From: a virus
Taxonomy: Duplodnaviria > Caudoviricetes
Length of the DNA stretch: 50,153 nucleotides
IMG/VR virus record: IMGVR_UViG_3300049454_000013
Coordinates: 1-50,153 of that record
Direction: 5' to 3' (one strand)
The translations under genes and the position numbers were made by a program. Positions 8,213-18,183 of the stretch are shown here, piece after piece. Numbering within the stretch: position 1 is the first letter of the stretch; each line of letters begins with the position of its first letter. The notes beneath the pieces were generated by a model that saw nothing but the letters and a program-made list of their open reading frames with translations, was not told where the DNA came from and did not search any database.

Positions 8213-9557
8213 ACAGGAAGTAACCGTATTTGAATTTAAGAACGAGAAGCAGGCCAATTTTCACGACACTGTAATGAAGGCAGTGGCGAAGCTGAATAAT
8301 TTACGGTACTTTTTTTACGGGGGTGCAATTCGCGGGGGGAAAACATTTGTATGCCTGTATATATTCGTGAAGCTGGCAAAGCTGTTCCCGCGTTCCCGCT
8401 GGCATATATTCAGAAGTGACTTTCCAGAATTAGAAGATACTACCATACCCTCAATGGAAAAGCTTATCGGTACTGAGGGAAAGGATTTCGTTTGGAAAAG
8501 AAAGAGCAGCAACTACCATATTCTTTTTGCCAATGGTTCGAAAATATTCTTTAAGTCAGAGAACTTAATGAAGGATTCTGATTTGAAGTGGATGCTCGGT
8601 TTGGAAACCAACGGCATACTGTTAGAGCAAATGGAGGGGTTGAGTGAACAGCTAATGCAGCGTGCAATTGAAAGGGTTGGTTCCTGGGTACTGAAGGATA
8701 TGCCTATACCCATCATCATGGGAACATTCAACCCTACTAATACCTGGGTTAAAAAGGATATCTATGATAGGTACCTGAAGGGAACGTTACCGGAAAATTA
8801 TTATTTTGAAGAGGCGCTTCCTGAGCATAACCCATTTGTTACTGATGAACAATGGAAAAACTGGCAGAACCTGGATGAAATCAGCTACAACCAATTGATC
8901 AAAGGAGTATGGAAGTTCCTGACTGATGCAAAGTTATTCGCCTATGCTTTCGAAAGCGAAAGGAATGTAATTGATGTAAGCGTTGAGGGTTCCGCAAATT
9001 GGCAGTACATGCAGCCAATTAAAAGTTTGCCAGTATATGCAATTTTCGACTTCAATGTTGACCCTGTTACCTGTTTAATAGGGCAGCGGCAACGGATGGA
9101 TTGGGCGAAGATCATGCAGGAGTACCGGCTACGGAACAGTGATATATACGAACTATTGGAAAGGGTTAAAACTGATTGGGAAGATTATTACCTTATAGCT
9201 ACAGGTGACGCAAGCGGGCGGGCGCGTAGTGCATTAACCAGGGGAAACCGTACCTATGTTAAAACCATTCAGAAAGAACTCAGGCTTTCCCCGAAGCAAA
9301 TGCAATTCCCTACAGTGAACCCCAGTATTGCCAATACACGTATGCTTATGAATTCCCTGTTTAAGAAGCACCCCCGCTTTCACATTGCCAGCAGGTGCCA
9401 GTTCCTGATTGATGATCTTGAAACAGTAACTGCAGAAATGAAAAACGACAGGTTAGTAATTGAGAAGGGGAAAGACAAATTGAAAACGCACTTATTGGAT
9501 AACCTGAGGTATTTTGATTGGAACTACTTCAGGAAATTTATTAGTTCATATAGCTGA
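8205..9557 (+). CDS. terL: terminase large subunit
   Basis: Walker A GGAIRGGKT, variant Walker B ILLEQ, TFNP coupling motif, RNase H-like domain FDFNVDP, GDASG and HLLDNLRY. Confidence 0.92.
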   Translation: MTKQEVTVFEFKNEKQANFHDTVMKAVAKLNNLRYFFYGGAIRGGKTFVCLYIFVKLAKLFPRSRWHIFRSDFPELEDTTIPSMEKLIGTEGKDFVWKRKSSNYHILFANGSKIFFKSENLMKDSDLKWMLGLETNGILLEQMEGLSEQLMQRAIERVGSWVLKDMPIPIIMGTFNPTNTWVKKDIYDRYLKGTLPENYYFEEALPEHNPFVTDEQWKNWQNLDEISYNQLIKGVWKFLTDAKLFAYAFESERNVIDVSVEGSANWQYMQPIKSLPVYAIFDFNVDPVTCLIGQRQRMDWAKIMQEYRLRNSDIYELLERVKTDWEDYYLIATGDASGRARSALTRGNRTYVKTIQKELRLSPKQMQFPTVNPSIANTRMLMNSLFKKHPRFHIASRCQFLIDDLETVTAEMKNDRLVIEKGKDKLKTHLLDNLRYFDWNYFRKFISSYS

Positions 9558-9651
9558 TAAAAAAAGCCCCGCACTCGCAGGGTGAAAGAAGCAGGCACGG
9601 GCGAACCGCTGCCCTTTTTCTTTTTGTGTTGGTAAGTCGTCGTCCAAATAA

Positions 9652-9834
9652 TTATTTTGTGGTTAACTGCCCCTTCTTTACCTGGGCATTATCAACTGTG
9701 CTTTCAAGATCTCGTAACATATCCAGCAACCGAATGCAGCGGGCATTAATGAATTCATCCACGTTACAATCTTCCCGCAAATCAATAATAGCATCAATGG
9801 CCTTCTGAACCTTCCGAATTGCTTTTCGCTTCAT
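9652..9834 (-). CDS. small hypothetical protein
   Basis: One of two tandem minus-strand ORFs filling the gap, followed by a T-rich terminator-like region. Confidence 0.55.
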   Translation of the reverse strand: MKRKAIRKVQKAIDAIIDLREDCNVDEFINARCIRLLDMLRDLESTVDNAQVKKGQLTTK

Positions 9835-9843
9835 AGCTGTTTG

Positions 9844-10038
9844 TTAAGGTAACAGTATAATAATTTCCGCTTCATTATCCTGCAGCGTGCGCACACAGAA
9901 AGAAGGCGCAACTACATTCTTCCTTAATATTTCAGTGGCTTTTGCCAGTGTATAACTAAGTTTGGTTAACCCATGCTTTTCTAATTTTGCGGCAATGTTC
10001 GCTACATGGTTCGTAAGTATTGGGTTGTTTGCTTTCAT
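9844..10038 (-). CDS. small hypothetical protein
   Basis: ATG start, divergent from the gene at 10201. Confidence 0.55.
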   Translation of the reverse strand: MKANNPILTNHVANIAAKLEKHGLTKLSYTLAKATEILRKNVVAPSFCVRTLQDNEAEIIILLP

Positions 10039-10200
10039 GCAGTAAAAGTAATACCCCGGTTCGGTTGCTGCAATAGGTAATGTACGTGGTATATATACTA
10101 TATGTTAGTATATACTACTGTCCAATGGGTTACGCTGCAATGTATTTTCCCTGGTACATTTACTATTGCGGGAACCCAGGCGGGAGTATATCTTTACTGT

Positions 10201-10389
10201 ATGAAGTATAACCCAATTGTAAAGAACGGAACTTACCAGTGTAGCGGGTTTGAAAGGAAGGCAGCGGATGAAGCTGAGGCCCGTTGGAAGTTCGCAAAGT
10301 TAGCCGGTATTCAATACGGTACCCCGGCATACTTCGCACTGAAGATTGTAGAACTGGTACCTGTTACACGTAAATTTAAAACCTGTTAA
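10201..10389 (+). CDS. small hypothetical protein
   Basis: Likely start MKYNP immediately after TATCTTTAC (possibly leaderless). Confidence 0.55.
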   Translation: MKYNPIVKNGTYQCSGFERKAADEAEARWKFAKLAGIQYGTPAYFALKIVELVPVTRKFKTC

Positions 10390-10390
10390 A

Positions 10391-10843
10391 ATGAAAAAGC
10401 TATTATTCGCCCTTGTTATTGTTGCCCTGGTTAGCTGTAATAAGAATACTGATAACCTGCTTCCCGTTTCCCCTGCTTCCCTGCAGTTCAAATACAATGC
10501 TACTATGGTGAAGTATGGTACCATTAACGTTAGTGGTTCGGTAGTAAATGACTGGTATACCATTATGGGAACGCGCAACGATACAACGCTTACTATTTGC
10601 TTCAGGGCTAACGGCCTGAAAAGCGGTGATGTGCTTACGTTGAATTCAACGAACAGTACTATTACTTACAGGGCAGGAATGAATGTGAGCGTGAATGATG
10701 GGGTAGTGGTTACCCTTAGCCTGTTCAGTGTGAACAGCAATAACGCGGTAAGCGGTTCATTTACTGGTAACCTTTACAATGTGAACACAAAGAAGGTGCA
10801 GCCCCTTACTGAAGGGCAGTTTATAAACTTAGTTTTCAGGTAG
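10391..10843 (+). CDS. lipoprotein (possible superinfection exclusion)
   Basis: Lipobox ALVSC followed by a beta-rich domain. The function is an inference. Confidence 0.7.
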   Translation: MKKLLFALVIVALVSCNKNTDNLLPVSPASLQFKYNATMVKYGTINVSGSVVNDWYTIMGTRNDTTLTICFRANGLKSGDVLTLNSTNSTITYRAGMNVSVNDGVVVTLSLFSVNSNNAVSGSFTGNLYNVNTKKVQPLTEGQFINLVFR

Positions 10844-10890
10844 TTTCAATCATAGGAAAAGGCCCGAACAGTGGCAAAGGTTTTGGTTTA

Positions 10891-10917
10891 AGGCCCTGCA
10901 GAAATGCGGGGCTTTTT
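10891..10917 (+). terminator. intrinsic terminator
   Basis: AGGCCCTGCA-GAAA-TGCGGGGCTT followed by a T-run. Confidence 0.8.
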
Positions 10918-11171
10918 ATTATATTGCGCCCCGGAGAGTTGCCGATCACATACCATCCTAAAGAACCGGGCGCGAAAGTTCCCGGTTTCTTTTTACCTTT
11001 ACCCTGTCATATAATTTTGTTTTTCGAAAGGGCGCAATAGTCGGTTGCGCTCTTTTGTTTGTATATTGCAACAGGAGAATAACTTGTACTTTTGAGCCCA
11101 TCCAAATGCCTGCATCCGTTTTGCTTCGGACTGCAGGCATTCATTTTGTATACACTATATAAACTTCAATT

Positions 11172-11552
11172 ATGGAAAGAAAACAATTAACGCTCAACTT
11201 CAATGTTGCTGAATTCGATTGCCATGATGGAACCCAGGTACCAAACCAATATTATGACGGCGTTCAGCTATTGGCAACCAACCTGCAGGCATTACGTGAT
11301 TACCTGGGGGAACCTGTACACGTTCTTTGCGGTTATAGAACTGTGAAGCATAATAAGGCAGTAGGCGGCGCTAAAGCCAGTCAGCATCTTGTAGCTAAAG
11401 CAGCGGACATATCTGTTAAGAGTAAAACGCCGAAGCAGTTACACAAGATCATTGGGGCGCTTATTACTGTAGGTACAATGAAGCAGGGCGGGCTCGGTCT
11501 GTATCCTGGGTTCGTGCATTACGATGTTCGGGGAAGGAAAGCGCGTTGGTAA
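11172..11552 (+). CDS. Peptidase M15A-type endolysin (Zn D-Ala-D-Ala peptidase fold)
   Basis: EFDCHDG, GYRT..HN, SQH, AADI and FVHYD motifs. Confidence 0.88.
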   Translation: MERKQLTLNFNVAEFDCHDGTQVPNQYYDGVQLLATNLQALRDYLGEPVHVLCGYRTVKHNKAVGGAKASQHLVAKAADISVKSKTPKQLHKIIGALITVGTMKQGGLGLYPGFVHYDVRGRKARW

Positions 11553-11556
11553 AATA

Positions 11557-11585
11557 AAAGGGGGCGATTGTTTATGCCCCCTTTC
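11557..11585 (+). terminator. intrinsic terminator (bidirectional-like)
   Basis: AAAGGGGGC...GCCCCCTTT hairpin. Confidence 0.7.
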
Positions 11586-11791
11586 AAAGATGTACGGGCC
11601 ATCCGCACACCCGCTGAATCAGAATAAAAATTCAATTCGTGGAAACGTTCAAATAAAGAAGTCGCGATTAAAAAATATTGTTGACAGAACAAATGTAAGT
11701 TGTTATTTTTAACCCGGTTTAGAGTTTAGGGGTTTTTCATACTTGCCCGGTAGCCAATCGCCGGGCACTTTTCTTTCAACACAACAACACA

Positions 11792-12382
11792 ATGGAATAC
11801 AAACTAATTTCAGAAGCTTTAGAGAATAAGCGCACCACACGCACGTACAAAAATATTTCTACAGGCACCATTTGCAAAACACAATTCCTGAAGGAAGGTA
11901 AAGACGGTATGAAGTATTGGGGCTTCACTGATCTTTATAAGATACCGTACATACGCATTGCCTATGCAAAGCACATCACAGACATGTATGGCCTGGGCCT
12001 AACCTTAAAGGATATTCTGGAATGGTGTAAACAGGAAAAGGAATTGCTGAATGGTGATGATCCGGAAAAGTATCAAAAGCTTTATGCACTTGTACTGGAA
12101 AAGGAGAAGCTGGCAAACTATACAGCCGATCCAATACGTCAGCACTTAGCCGTTGCCACTGTATACGTAATGTTTGATGATGAACGTATAGATTACTTCA
12201 GTGATGATGAAGCATATAAAAAGCTTATACTGTGGGGTGCCGATATGGATTTAGCCGCTTTTTTTTTGAACTGGCATCACGAACACATAGTACGCTCTAT
12301 CGAAGCCTTAAAGAAAGTTTCGGCAACTGTTTCAAAATCGGTGGACCTGATAAACAAGACAGCGCAATCCAAAAGCGAATAA
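11792..12382 (+). CDS. probable tail assembly chaperone (G-like)
   Basis: Upstream of the tape measure gene; T9 slippery run at 12259-12267. Confidence 0.6.
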   Translation: MEYKLISEALENKRTTRTYKNISTGTICKTQFLKEGKDGMKYWGFTDLYKIPYIRIAYAKHITDMYGLGLTLKDILEWCKQEKELLNGDDPEKYQKLYALVLEKEKLANYTADPIRQHLAVATVYVMFDDERIDYFSDDEAYKKLILWGADMDLAAFFLNWHHEHIVRSIEALKKVSATVSKSVDLINKTAQSKSE

Positions 12383-12588
12383 AGGAAAATGCACACCACG
12401 AAAGGCGAACACAGTTATTCATGCGTGCGATTACGAAAGGGGTATTGAGTGAACGAGATCTTTTGTTAAGCTATACCATTGGGGAATTCTATAATGAAAT
12501 GTCATTGTTCATCCAGGAACAGGAGGAATTAGAAGCCCTGCAGGAAAAGCAATTGCGGGAAATGAAAATGAAATCAAAGCGCCGGTAA
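12259..12588 (+). CDS. -1 frameshift extension of the tail chaperone (GT-like)
   Basis: Overlapping -1 frame ORF entered at T TTT TTT; LLSYTIGEF motif. Confidence 0.55.
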   Translation, partial: FFFELASRTHSTLYRSLKESFGNCFKIGGPDKQDSAIQKRIKENAHHERRTQLFMRAITKGVLSERDLLLSYTIGEFYNEMSLFIQEQEELEALQEKQLREMKMKSKRR

Positions 12589-12614
12589 TTATTCACCTTT
12601 TAAATATTAATACA

Positions 12615-13091
12615 ATGAACAATCAATTATTAGCAGCCTTAAAAGACATTCGTACTGTTGCATTAAAATACAGGGAAGTGGATGGCGAAACTAAAGTAGG
12701 TAATCACCTGTACAATTTAGCCAATGAAGCAATAGCAGGTTATGAAGCTGAAGGGGTACCAATAGCAGGTAAAGCAGGGGAAGCCATTGCAGCAGATCAA
12801 ATTAAACAGTTGGCTGATTTCATTATGAAGTATTACCCCAATGAGCCGGGCAGTAAAGGGTTCCCGGAAAGCGCTGCAACATGTGCAATGCGTTTGCTTT
12901 CTCCTATGCAATTCAATCAGCGTGAAGCTATATTGGCATTCATAGTTTACTGGGCTTCCAATGAAAAAGTAGTCAGTTTTAAAACAGGTTACAACCCCGC
13001 GAACATAGAAGGGTTCCTTAACAGGTTCTGTGATATTCAGAAGTTCGCGCCCGCACGGGAAGGATATTTGGTGTACCTTAAGTTAAAATAA
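12615..13091 (+). CDS. hypothetical protein inserted in the tail module
   Basis: 158-aa ORF with early-type leader. Confidence 0.65.
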   Translation: MNNQLLAALKDIRTVALKYREVDGETKVGNHLYNLANEAIAGYEAEGVPIAGKAGEAIAADQIKQLADFIMKYYPNEPGSKGFPESAATCAMRLLSPMQFNQREAILAFIVYWASNEKVVSFKTGYNPANIEGFLNRFCDIQKFAPAREGYLVYLKLK

Positions 13092-13199
13092 TTATTCACC
13101 TAAAAACTTTGTCTATGCCAAAGAACCGAAACGGGCCATAGCCTGCACACACTCAAATTAGCACACGGTAGGAGTGTACGACACACGAAACCAGGATAT

Positions 13200-13230
13200 G
13201 CCGGGACGTTCACAGCGCCCGGTTTTTTTT
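13200..13230 (+). terminator. intrinsic terminator
   Basis: CCGGG...CCCGG followed by T8. Confidence 0.75.
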
Positions 13231-13258
13231 ATCTACATTTGTCCAAACTAAGTTTACT

Positions 13259-16210
13259 ATGCCTGATGATAACATAGTAGTATTCGGCGCTGAATTTCAA
13301 AGCGAAGGTGTCAATAAAGGAGTTGAGGAAATTGTTGGCAACCTGGAAAAAGCAAAGGAAGCTGAGGCAGCATTGAAAGAAGAGATTGAAGGATTAAATG
13401 AGCAGCTTGCAGATAACGAAAAGGAAATTGCCCAGGTAACTGAAGCGATGGGATTAATGACAAAGGTTTCCGGTAAGAATAAAGACGGTATTGCTGCACT
13501 CAATAAGCAGTTAGATGAACTTCGGAAAAAGAATGAAGCGCTGAAGGGGCACTTAAATAGCAGCGGGAAGGAACTGGATAACGTCAATAAGAAGGTGGAG
13601 AACTTCAGGCAAACGACTGAAAAAACCAAAAAGAGTACCAATGAAATAGGAAAGGCAATTAATAAGTTCACTGATATAAATAAACTGGGAGCCAAAGCGG
13701 TAGAAGATTACGGGAAGCAATTATTCAAATTGGGTAAGGCAGCGGTTGAGGGGTTTGCCATTGGTATAGCATTGGAAGCATTACCGGCATTATTGGACTT
13801 CATACAGGGGTTATCGGAAGGAACTGACGGCCTGAAGGAATTTGAGAAGCAGGCGAAAATAACTTCGGCTATACAAAACAAAGCTGCAGAAGCATTCGCC
13901 CCTGATTTTGCTAAGTTGGAATTGTTCAGAAAGAAACTGAACGATCAGAATATTACCGCTGCAGAGCGTGTTAAAATTGCGAAGGAATATAATAAGACTG
14001 CAGATGAAGGTAACAAGATCGATACCACGCAAATCAATAACCTTGATTTAATAAATGCACAGATCGCAAAACAATTGCAGCTATTGAAGGAACGGGCAAC
14101 CGCACGTGCAGCCGAAAATGTATTGGCAGAGAAAGCGGAAGTACTTTTCAAAAAAGAAATTGAGTTCCGTGATAACTTCCCGCAAATAACCGATGCGCAG
14201 GTGAAGTCATTAAGGGAACTGGATGCAGCGGAAAAGAAACGTGCAGAAAATGCAGAGAACAGGGCACAGGATTTAATAAATCCGAGAAAGGATGCAGGCG
14301 CGAAGCTTGATCCGTTCCGTGTAATAAGAGCACAGATTGCAGAGTTAGATAAAGTGCGTGAGGAATTTCAGCGTACATTAACTGTTGCTGCACAGCTTAC
14401 GACTACCCAGGGATTAATAACGCCTGATACAAAGAAGATTGAAAATGTATTTGCACAGAAACTTTTAGAGTTACGTGCAAGGTTGGCCCAGGTTTCCGCT
14501 TCCGTCTTTTTGAGCGATACACTTATTAAGAAAGATTTTGCCGCACGGCTTCAGAAAGATTTTGCAGACATTGCCCAGTTAGTGAAAGCCGGTTCGCTTA
14601 CTTCGCAGCAGGGGAAGATACTGGATAGCATATTGAAGCAGATAAATAATGTGGAATTGGGCAAGGCCCTGGATGATTTCAAACAGAAGCGTATTGATGC
14701 TATTCAGAAAATTAATGACACCATTACGCAACTACAGTTCGATGCTGCTACAAAACGGATTGCTGCCCTTCATGGTGAATTCGAAAGGGAGCGTGCTACT
14801 ATACAATTGGATACCGATAAAACAATAGCTACCCTACAGAAACAAATGGGTGAATTGTTTAAGGGTATTGATGATCAGGTGAAGCAGGGAGTTATTACCC
14901 TGGAAACTGCGAATGATAAAAAGAGTATTCTTTCTGCAATCTTCGGAGATCTTATTGATCAGGCGAAGCAGGAGCAATTACGCAGGGCTACAGAATTAGC
15001 GTTTAAGCAGTTCAATAATTTCATACAGGCATTGCGTGACCAGTTCGAAAATGTGGGTATTGGTTTGAGTGAATCGTTTACCAAAGAAGTGCAGGAAGCT
15101 TCAGAACAATTCCTTAAGGGACAAATTTCATACGAACGGTACCAGCGCAAACTGACTGAGATTACGCAGCGGGAAACTGCCAACAGGAAAAGGCTTCAGC
15201 TTCAGGCATTGAATGAGGAATTAAATTTAATTAACAAGCGCCTGAATGAAGCATCAACCGAAGCAGAACAAAAGCAGTTGCAGACACAACAGCGGCAATT
15301 GCGTACACAGATAGATGCACTTAACCGTGAGATAGCAACAGGCGATGCAGAAACGGAAGGGGCGAAACAGAAGGAAAGGTTACAGCGCCTTACCAGTTAC
15401 GTGGAGGCAATAGGCAATTTGGCGCAATCAATAGGTAGCTTCTGGCAACAGGTTAATAAGGCAGAGGCCCAGGCTTTAGATAGAAGTATAGCGTTGCAAC
15501 AGAAGCGCGTTGACTTTGCGCAGCAGATAGCAGAGCACGGCAATACTGAATTTCTGGAATTGGAACAGAAGCGCCTGGATGAACTGGAAAGGAAACGTGA
15601 AGCGAATGCCAACAGGCAGTTAGCCATTGATAACGCATTAGCGCTTTCACAGGCCACTGTTGCAGCAGTAACAGCAATTGCACAGGCAGTTGCTACAGGT
15701 TCACCATTCGCCGCCCTTGCCGCTGTAGCTGCAGTAATTGGGGCTATAGCTGCAGCCTACCAATTCGTGAATAGCCTGCAGCCGCCCGTTGCCCAGTTTG
15801 CGGAAGGAACTGAATCTGTGCAGGGCCCAGGCGGTAAGGATAAGGTGCCTGCATATTTGACAAAGGGTGAACGTGTTACCAGGGTAAAAGAGAATAAAGA
15901 CTACTGGGACACCTTACATGCCATTCATAACAGGCATATACCGCCCGGCGTGTTGAACAGTTTTGTAAATGGCTATCCGGCAACTACTGTTCCGCTTACA
16001 GATTTCGACAGGCTTTATGCAGCTACTAATATGAGCATGGGGGCTGATAGTGAGGAAGTATTGAATAAACTGGGACAGCTTGACGGAACCATGCAGGAAA
16101 TAGTTCAGGCAGTAAGCGCCCTGGGGATCAATGTAAACTTAGATGCTGACGGATTCGCTGCTTCATTAACAACTTACCAGCGCAAAAAGAAAAGGCAAAA
16201 GAAAGCATGA
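13259..16210 (+). CDS. tape measure protein
   Basis: 983 aa, coiled-coil, rich in Ala/Gln/Lys, hydrophobic Ala-rich segments, C-terminal FAEGT...GPGG.D.VPA.L..GE.V motif. Confidence 0.85.
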   Translation: MPDDNIVVFGAEFQSEGVNKGVEEIVGNLEKAKEAEAALKEEIEGLNEQLADNEKEIAQVTEAMGLMTKVSGKNKDGIAALNKQLDELRKKNEALKGHLNSSGKELDNVNKKVENFRQTTEKTKKSTNEIGKAINKFTDINKLGAKAVEDYGKQLFKLGKAAVEGFAIGIALEALPALLDFIQGLSEGTDGLKEFEKQAKITSAIQNKAAEAFAPDFAKLELFRKKLNDQNITAAERVKIAKEYNKTADEGNKIDTTQINNLDLINAQIAKQLQLLKERATARAAENVLAEKAEVLFKKEIEFRDNFPQITDAQVKSLRELDAAEKKRAENAENRAQDLINPRKDAGAKLDPFRVIRAQIAELDKVREEFQRTLTVAAQLTTTQGLITPDTKKIENVFAQKLLELRARLAQVSASVFLSDTLIKKDFAARLQKDFADIAQLVKAGSLTSQQGKILDSILKQINNVELGKALDDFKQKRIDAIQKINDTITQLQFDAATKRIAALHGEFERERATIQLDTDKTIATLQKQMGELFKGIDDQVKQGVITLETANDKKSILSAIFGDLIDQAKQEQLRRATELAFKQFNNFIQALRDQFENVGIGLSESFTKEVQEASEQFLKGQISYERYQRKLTEITQRETANRKRLQLQALNEELNLINKRLNEASTEAEQKQLQTQQRQLRTQIDALNREIATGDAETEGAKQKERLQRLTSYVEAIGNLAQSIGSFWQQVNKAEAQALDRSIALQQKRVDFAQQIAEHGNTEFLELEQKRLDELERKREANANRQLAIDNALALSQATVAAVTAIAQAVATGSPFAALAAVAAVIGAIAAAYQFVNSLQPPVAQFAEGTESVQGPGGKDKVPAYLTKGERVTRVKENKDYWDTLHAIHNRHIPPGVLNSFVNGYPATTVPLTDFDRLYAATNMSMGADSEEVLNKLGQLDGTMQEIVQAVSALGINVNLDADGFAASLTTYQRKKKRQKKA

Positions 16211-18183
16211 AAAACAGGCTACAAATTGAGTTACGACAGAAACAAATCTTTTTAGATAATGACCCTGGGCAACCTGTAGTAATACAGTGTAACCCTGATG
16301 GCACTTCAGAATATGTGCCGGGCAGTGTGCCCCAGGGAGCTTTTATTGATTTCACCCAGTACATAGAAGGGCTTAATAAGTTTAAAACGAATTGGAGTGC
16401 TGTTAGTGATTCGCAGGAGGGCGCTGATTCGACTACCACAAATGAAATAGGTAGCAACTACAGCAAGGGCCTGACTGCAGAACTTCGCTTCGAGGGCCCG
16501 GCGTTTCAGTTTATTTTTGACTGGCTTATGACATACCCTTGCCAGATTGTGAATTCAATTGAAGCACGAATTACTGACAGGCAGTTAATGAAAACGTACA
16601 GGTTGTTTGAACTTAAATTGGATAACACGGAGTACGCGCCCAATGATGCAAAGTGCATTGTTGCAATGGTACTGAGGGAAAAGGATGATACTATACATGT
16701 ATTCCAGAAAACAACTATTGAGGACAATTGGCAGAACTGGTTTAATAAAGACGGTACCAGTACGAAAGATCATCCAACGTTCGGAATTATCCTGCAGAAA
16801 AAGCCCGGCTTCTTTCTCGCTATCAACATGGTCCTGGTTTACATCGCTGGTATGCTTTCAGCAGGACTATTGACGGCCTTCACCGATGGTACAAGATGGA
16901 TTCGCAGGGTATTGGGGGTTTGCTATTTCTGCCCTTCGCCGTTGGTTCGTGACTACATAAAAAACATCTGTGATAAATATGGGTTCACACAGAATACAAT
17001 ATTTGATGATCTTCCCACTAACCCATACCGTAATGTGTGTTTGTTCTACCCTGTTGACAGGATGGAAAGTAACTTTGATAATTTTACGGCAACCTCAACT
17101 AAGTTTGAATATAATAACCGTACAGGCTACCCGTTCGCTGTCTTTCTTAACCAGTTGAAAAGACTGTATAACGCTGAATGGTATGTTACCCCAAATAATG
17201 TATTGTTGTTTCAGCACAAAAGTTTTTTTGATAACCAACCGCCTATATATGATTTCATTAACGGCGCTATACGGTTGAATGATCTGAAGTATACATTTAA
17301 CGGTAATAAGAAACCGGCATACGGGCAGTACCAGTACCAGATTGATCCACAGGACACATGCAGCAATGAAATAAAGCGCCGGTACAATGCAATAGTGGAT
17401 TATGACGGCAATGCCAATAACCCAATGTTGGAAGGGCACGTTACAAAGCAATTTGATTTCGCGCCGACTGCATTCCATAGGGACGGAACGGAGGAAGATT
17501 TCATAGAGAACAATGTTAAGATAGCGCGGCTGATCGCTGTGGGTGCTATCCTTATCGGTTTCGGTTCCCTGTTCATAGCTGCCAACCCGCTTACCGCTGC
17601 AATAGTTGCCGCACTGTTGGCCCTGGGCTATAATGTTACTAACAACTATGTGAATGATTTCTTTGACAATGCAGAGATTAACGGCATGGTACGTGTAGCG
17701 AGTAGGCAGATCAATACCCCCAGGTTGTTATTGTGGGATAGTGAAACGGCTATGAATAAGGCAAAGGTTGTGTATGTGGAAAACCCGGCACAGAACCCTT
17801 ACTATAATATTGATGGGCTGGATTACTATACCGAGCATCCGGCATGGGAAGCGCCGGGCGGTTACTTCGGGAGCACGGTTACCAGGATATATAATTACCC
17901 TATGTACGTGGATGAGGAATTCACTGAAAACCTTTTTGACAGATTTCATAATTATGATAACCCATTGCTGAACCCGGTAGTTAACCAGGAGTGGAATGCC
18001 AATGTAGATTTGTGCGATGAAATGTTAACAACATTTGGCGTATTCGAAAATGATTTTATTAAGATCGGGGCGGTTGTACCTTTGGAAAAGAGGGGGGCGC
18101 GTATTATTTCAGGCAGGATTACTGATATTGATGTAGATTATGAACAGGGTAGAATTAATTTAAAAGGAAACGTTTTAAAATGA
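16207..18183 (+). CDS. tail tip/hub protein with hydrophobic segments
   Basis: Directly follows the tape measure gene; 658 aa with internal TM-like stretches. Confidence 0.6.
   Translation: MKNRLQIELRQKQIFLDNDPGQPVVIQCNPDGTSEYVPGSVPQGAFIDFTQYIEGLNKFKTNWSAVSDSQEGADSTTTNEIGSNYSKGLTAELRFEGPAFQFIFDWLMTYPCQIVNSIEARITDRQLMKTYRLFELKLDNTEYAPNDAKCIVAMVLREKDDTIHVFQKTTIEDNWQNWFNKDGTSTKDHPTFGIILQKKPGFFLAINMVLVYIAGMLSAGLLTAFTDGTRWIRRVLGVCYFCPSPLVRDYIKNICDKYGFTQNTIFDDLPTNPYRNVCLFYPVDRMESNFDNFTATSTKFEYNNRTGYPFAVFLNQLKRLYNAEWYVTPNNVLLFQHKSFFDNQPPIYDFINGAIRLNDLKYTFNGNKKPAYGQYQYQIDPQDTCSNEIKRRYNAIVDYDGNANNPMLEGHVTKQFDFAPTAFHRDGTEEDFIENNVKIARLIAVGAILIGFGSLFIAANPLTAAIVAALLALGYNVTNNYVNDFFDNAEINGMVRVASRQINTPRLLLWDSETAMNKAKVVYVENPAQNPYYNIDGLDYYTEHPAWEAPGGYFGSTVTRIYNYPMYVDEEFTENLFDRFHNYDNPLLNPVVNQEWNANVDLCDEMLTTFGVFENDFIKIGAVVPLEKRGARIISGRITDIDVDYEQGRINLKGNVLK

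Noticed and set aside
13095-13200. Short ORF with in-frame TAGs suggesting stop-codon reassignment
   Set aside because: Genes across the genome are intact in the standard code, TAG is used as a normal stop, and no suppressor tRNA is present.
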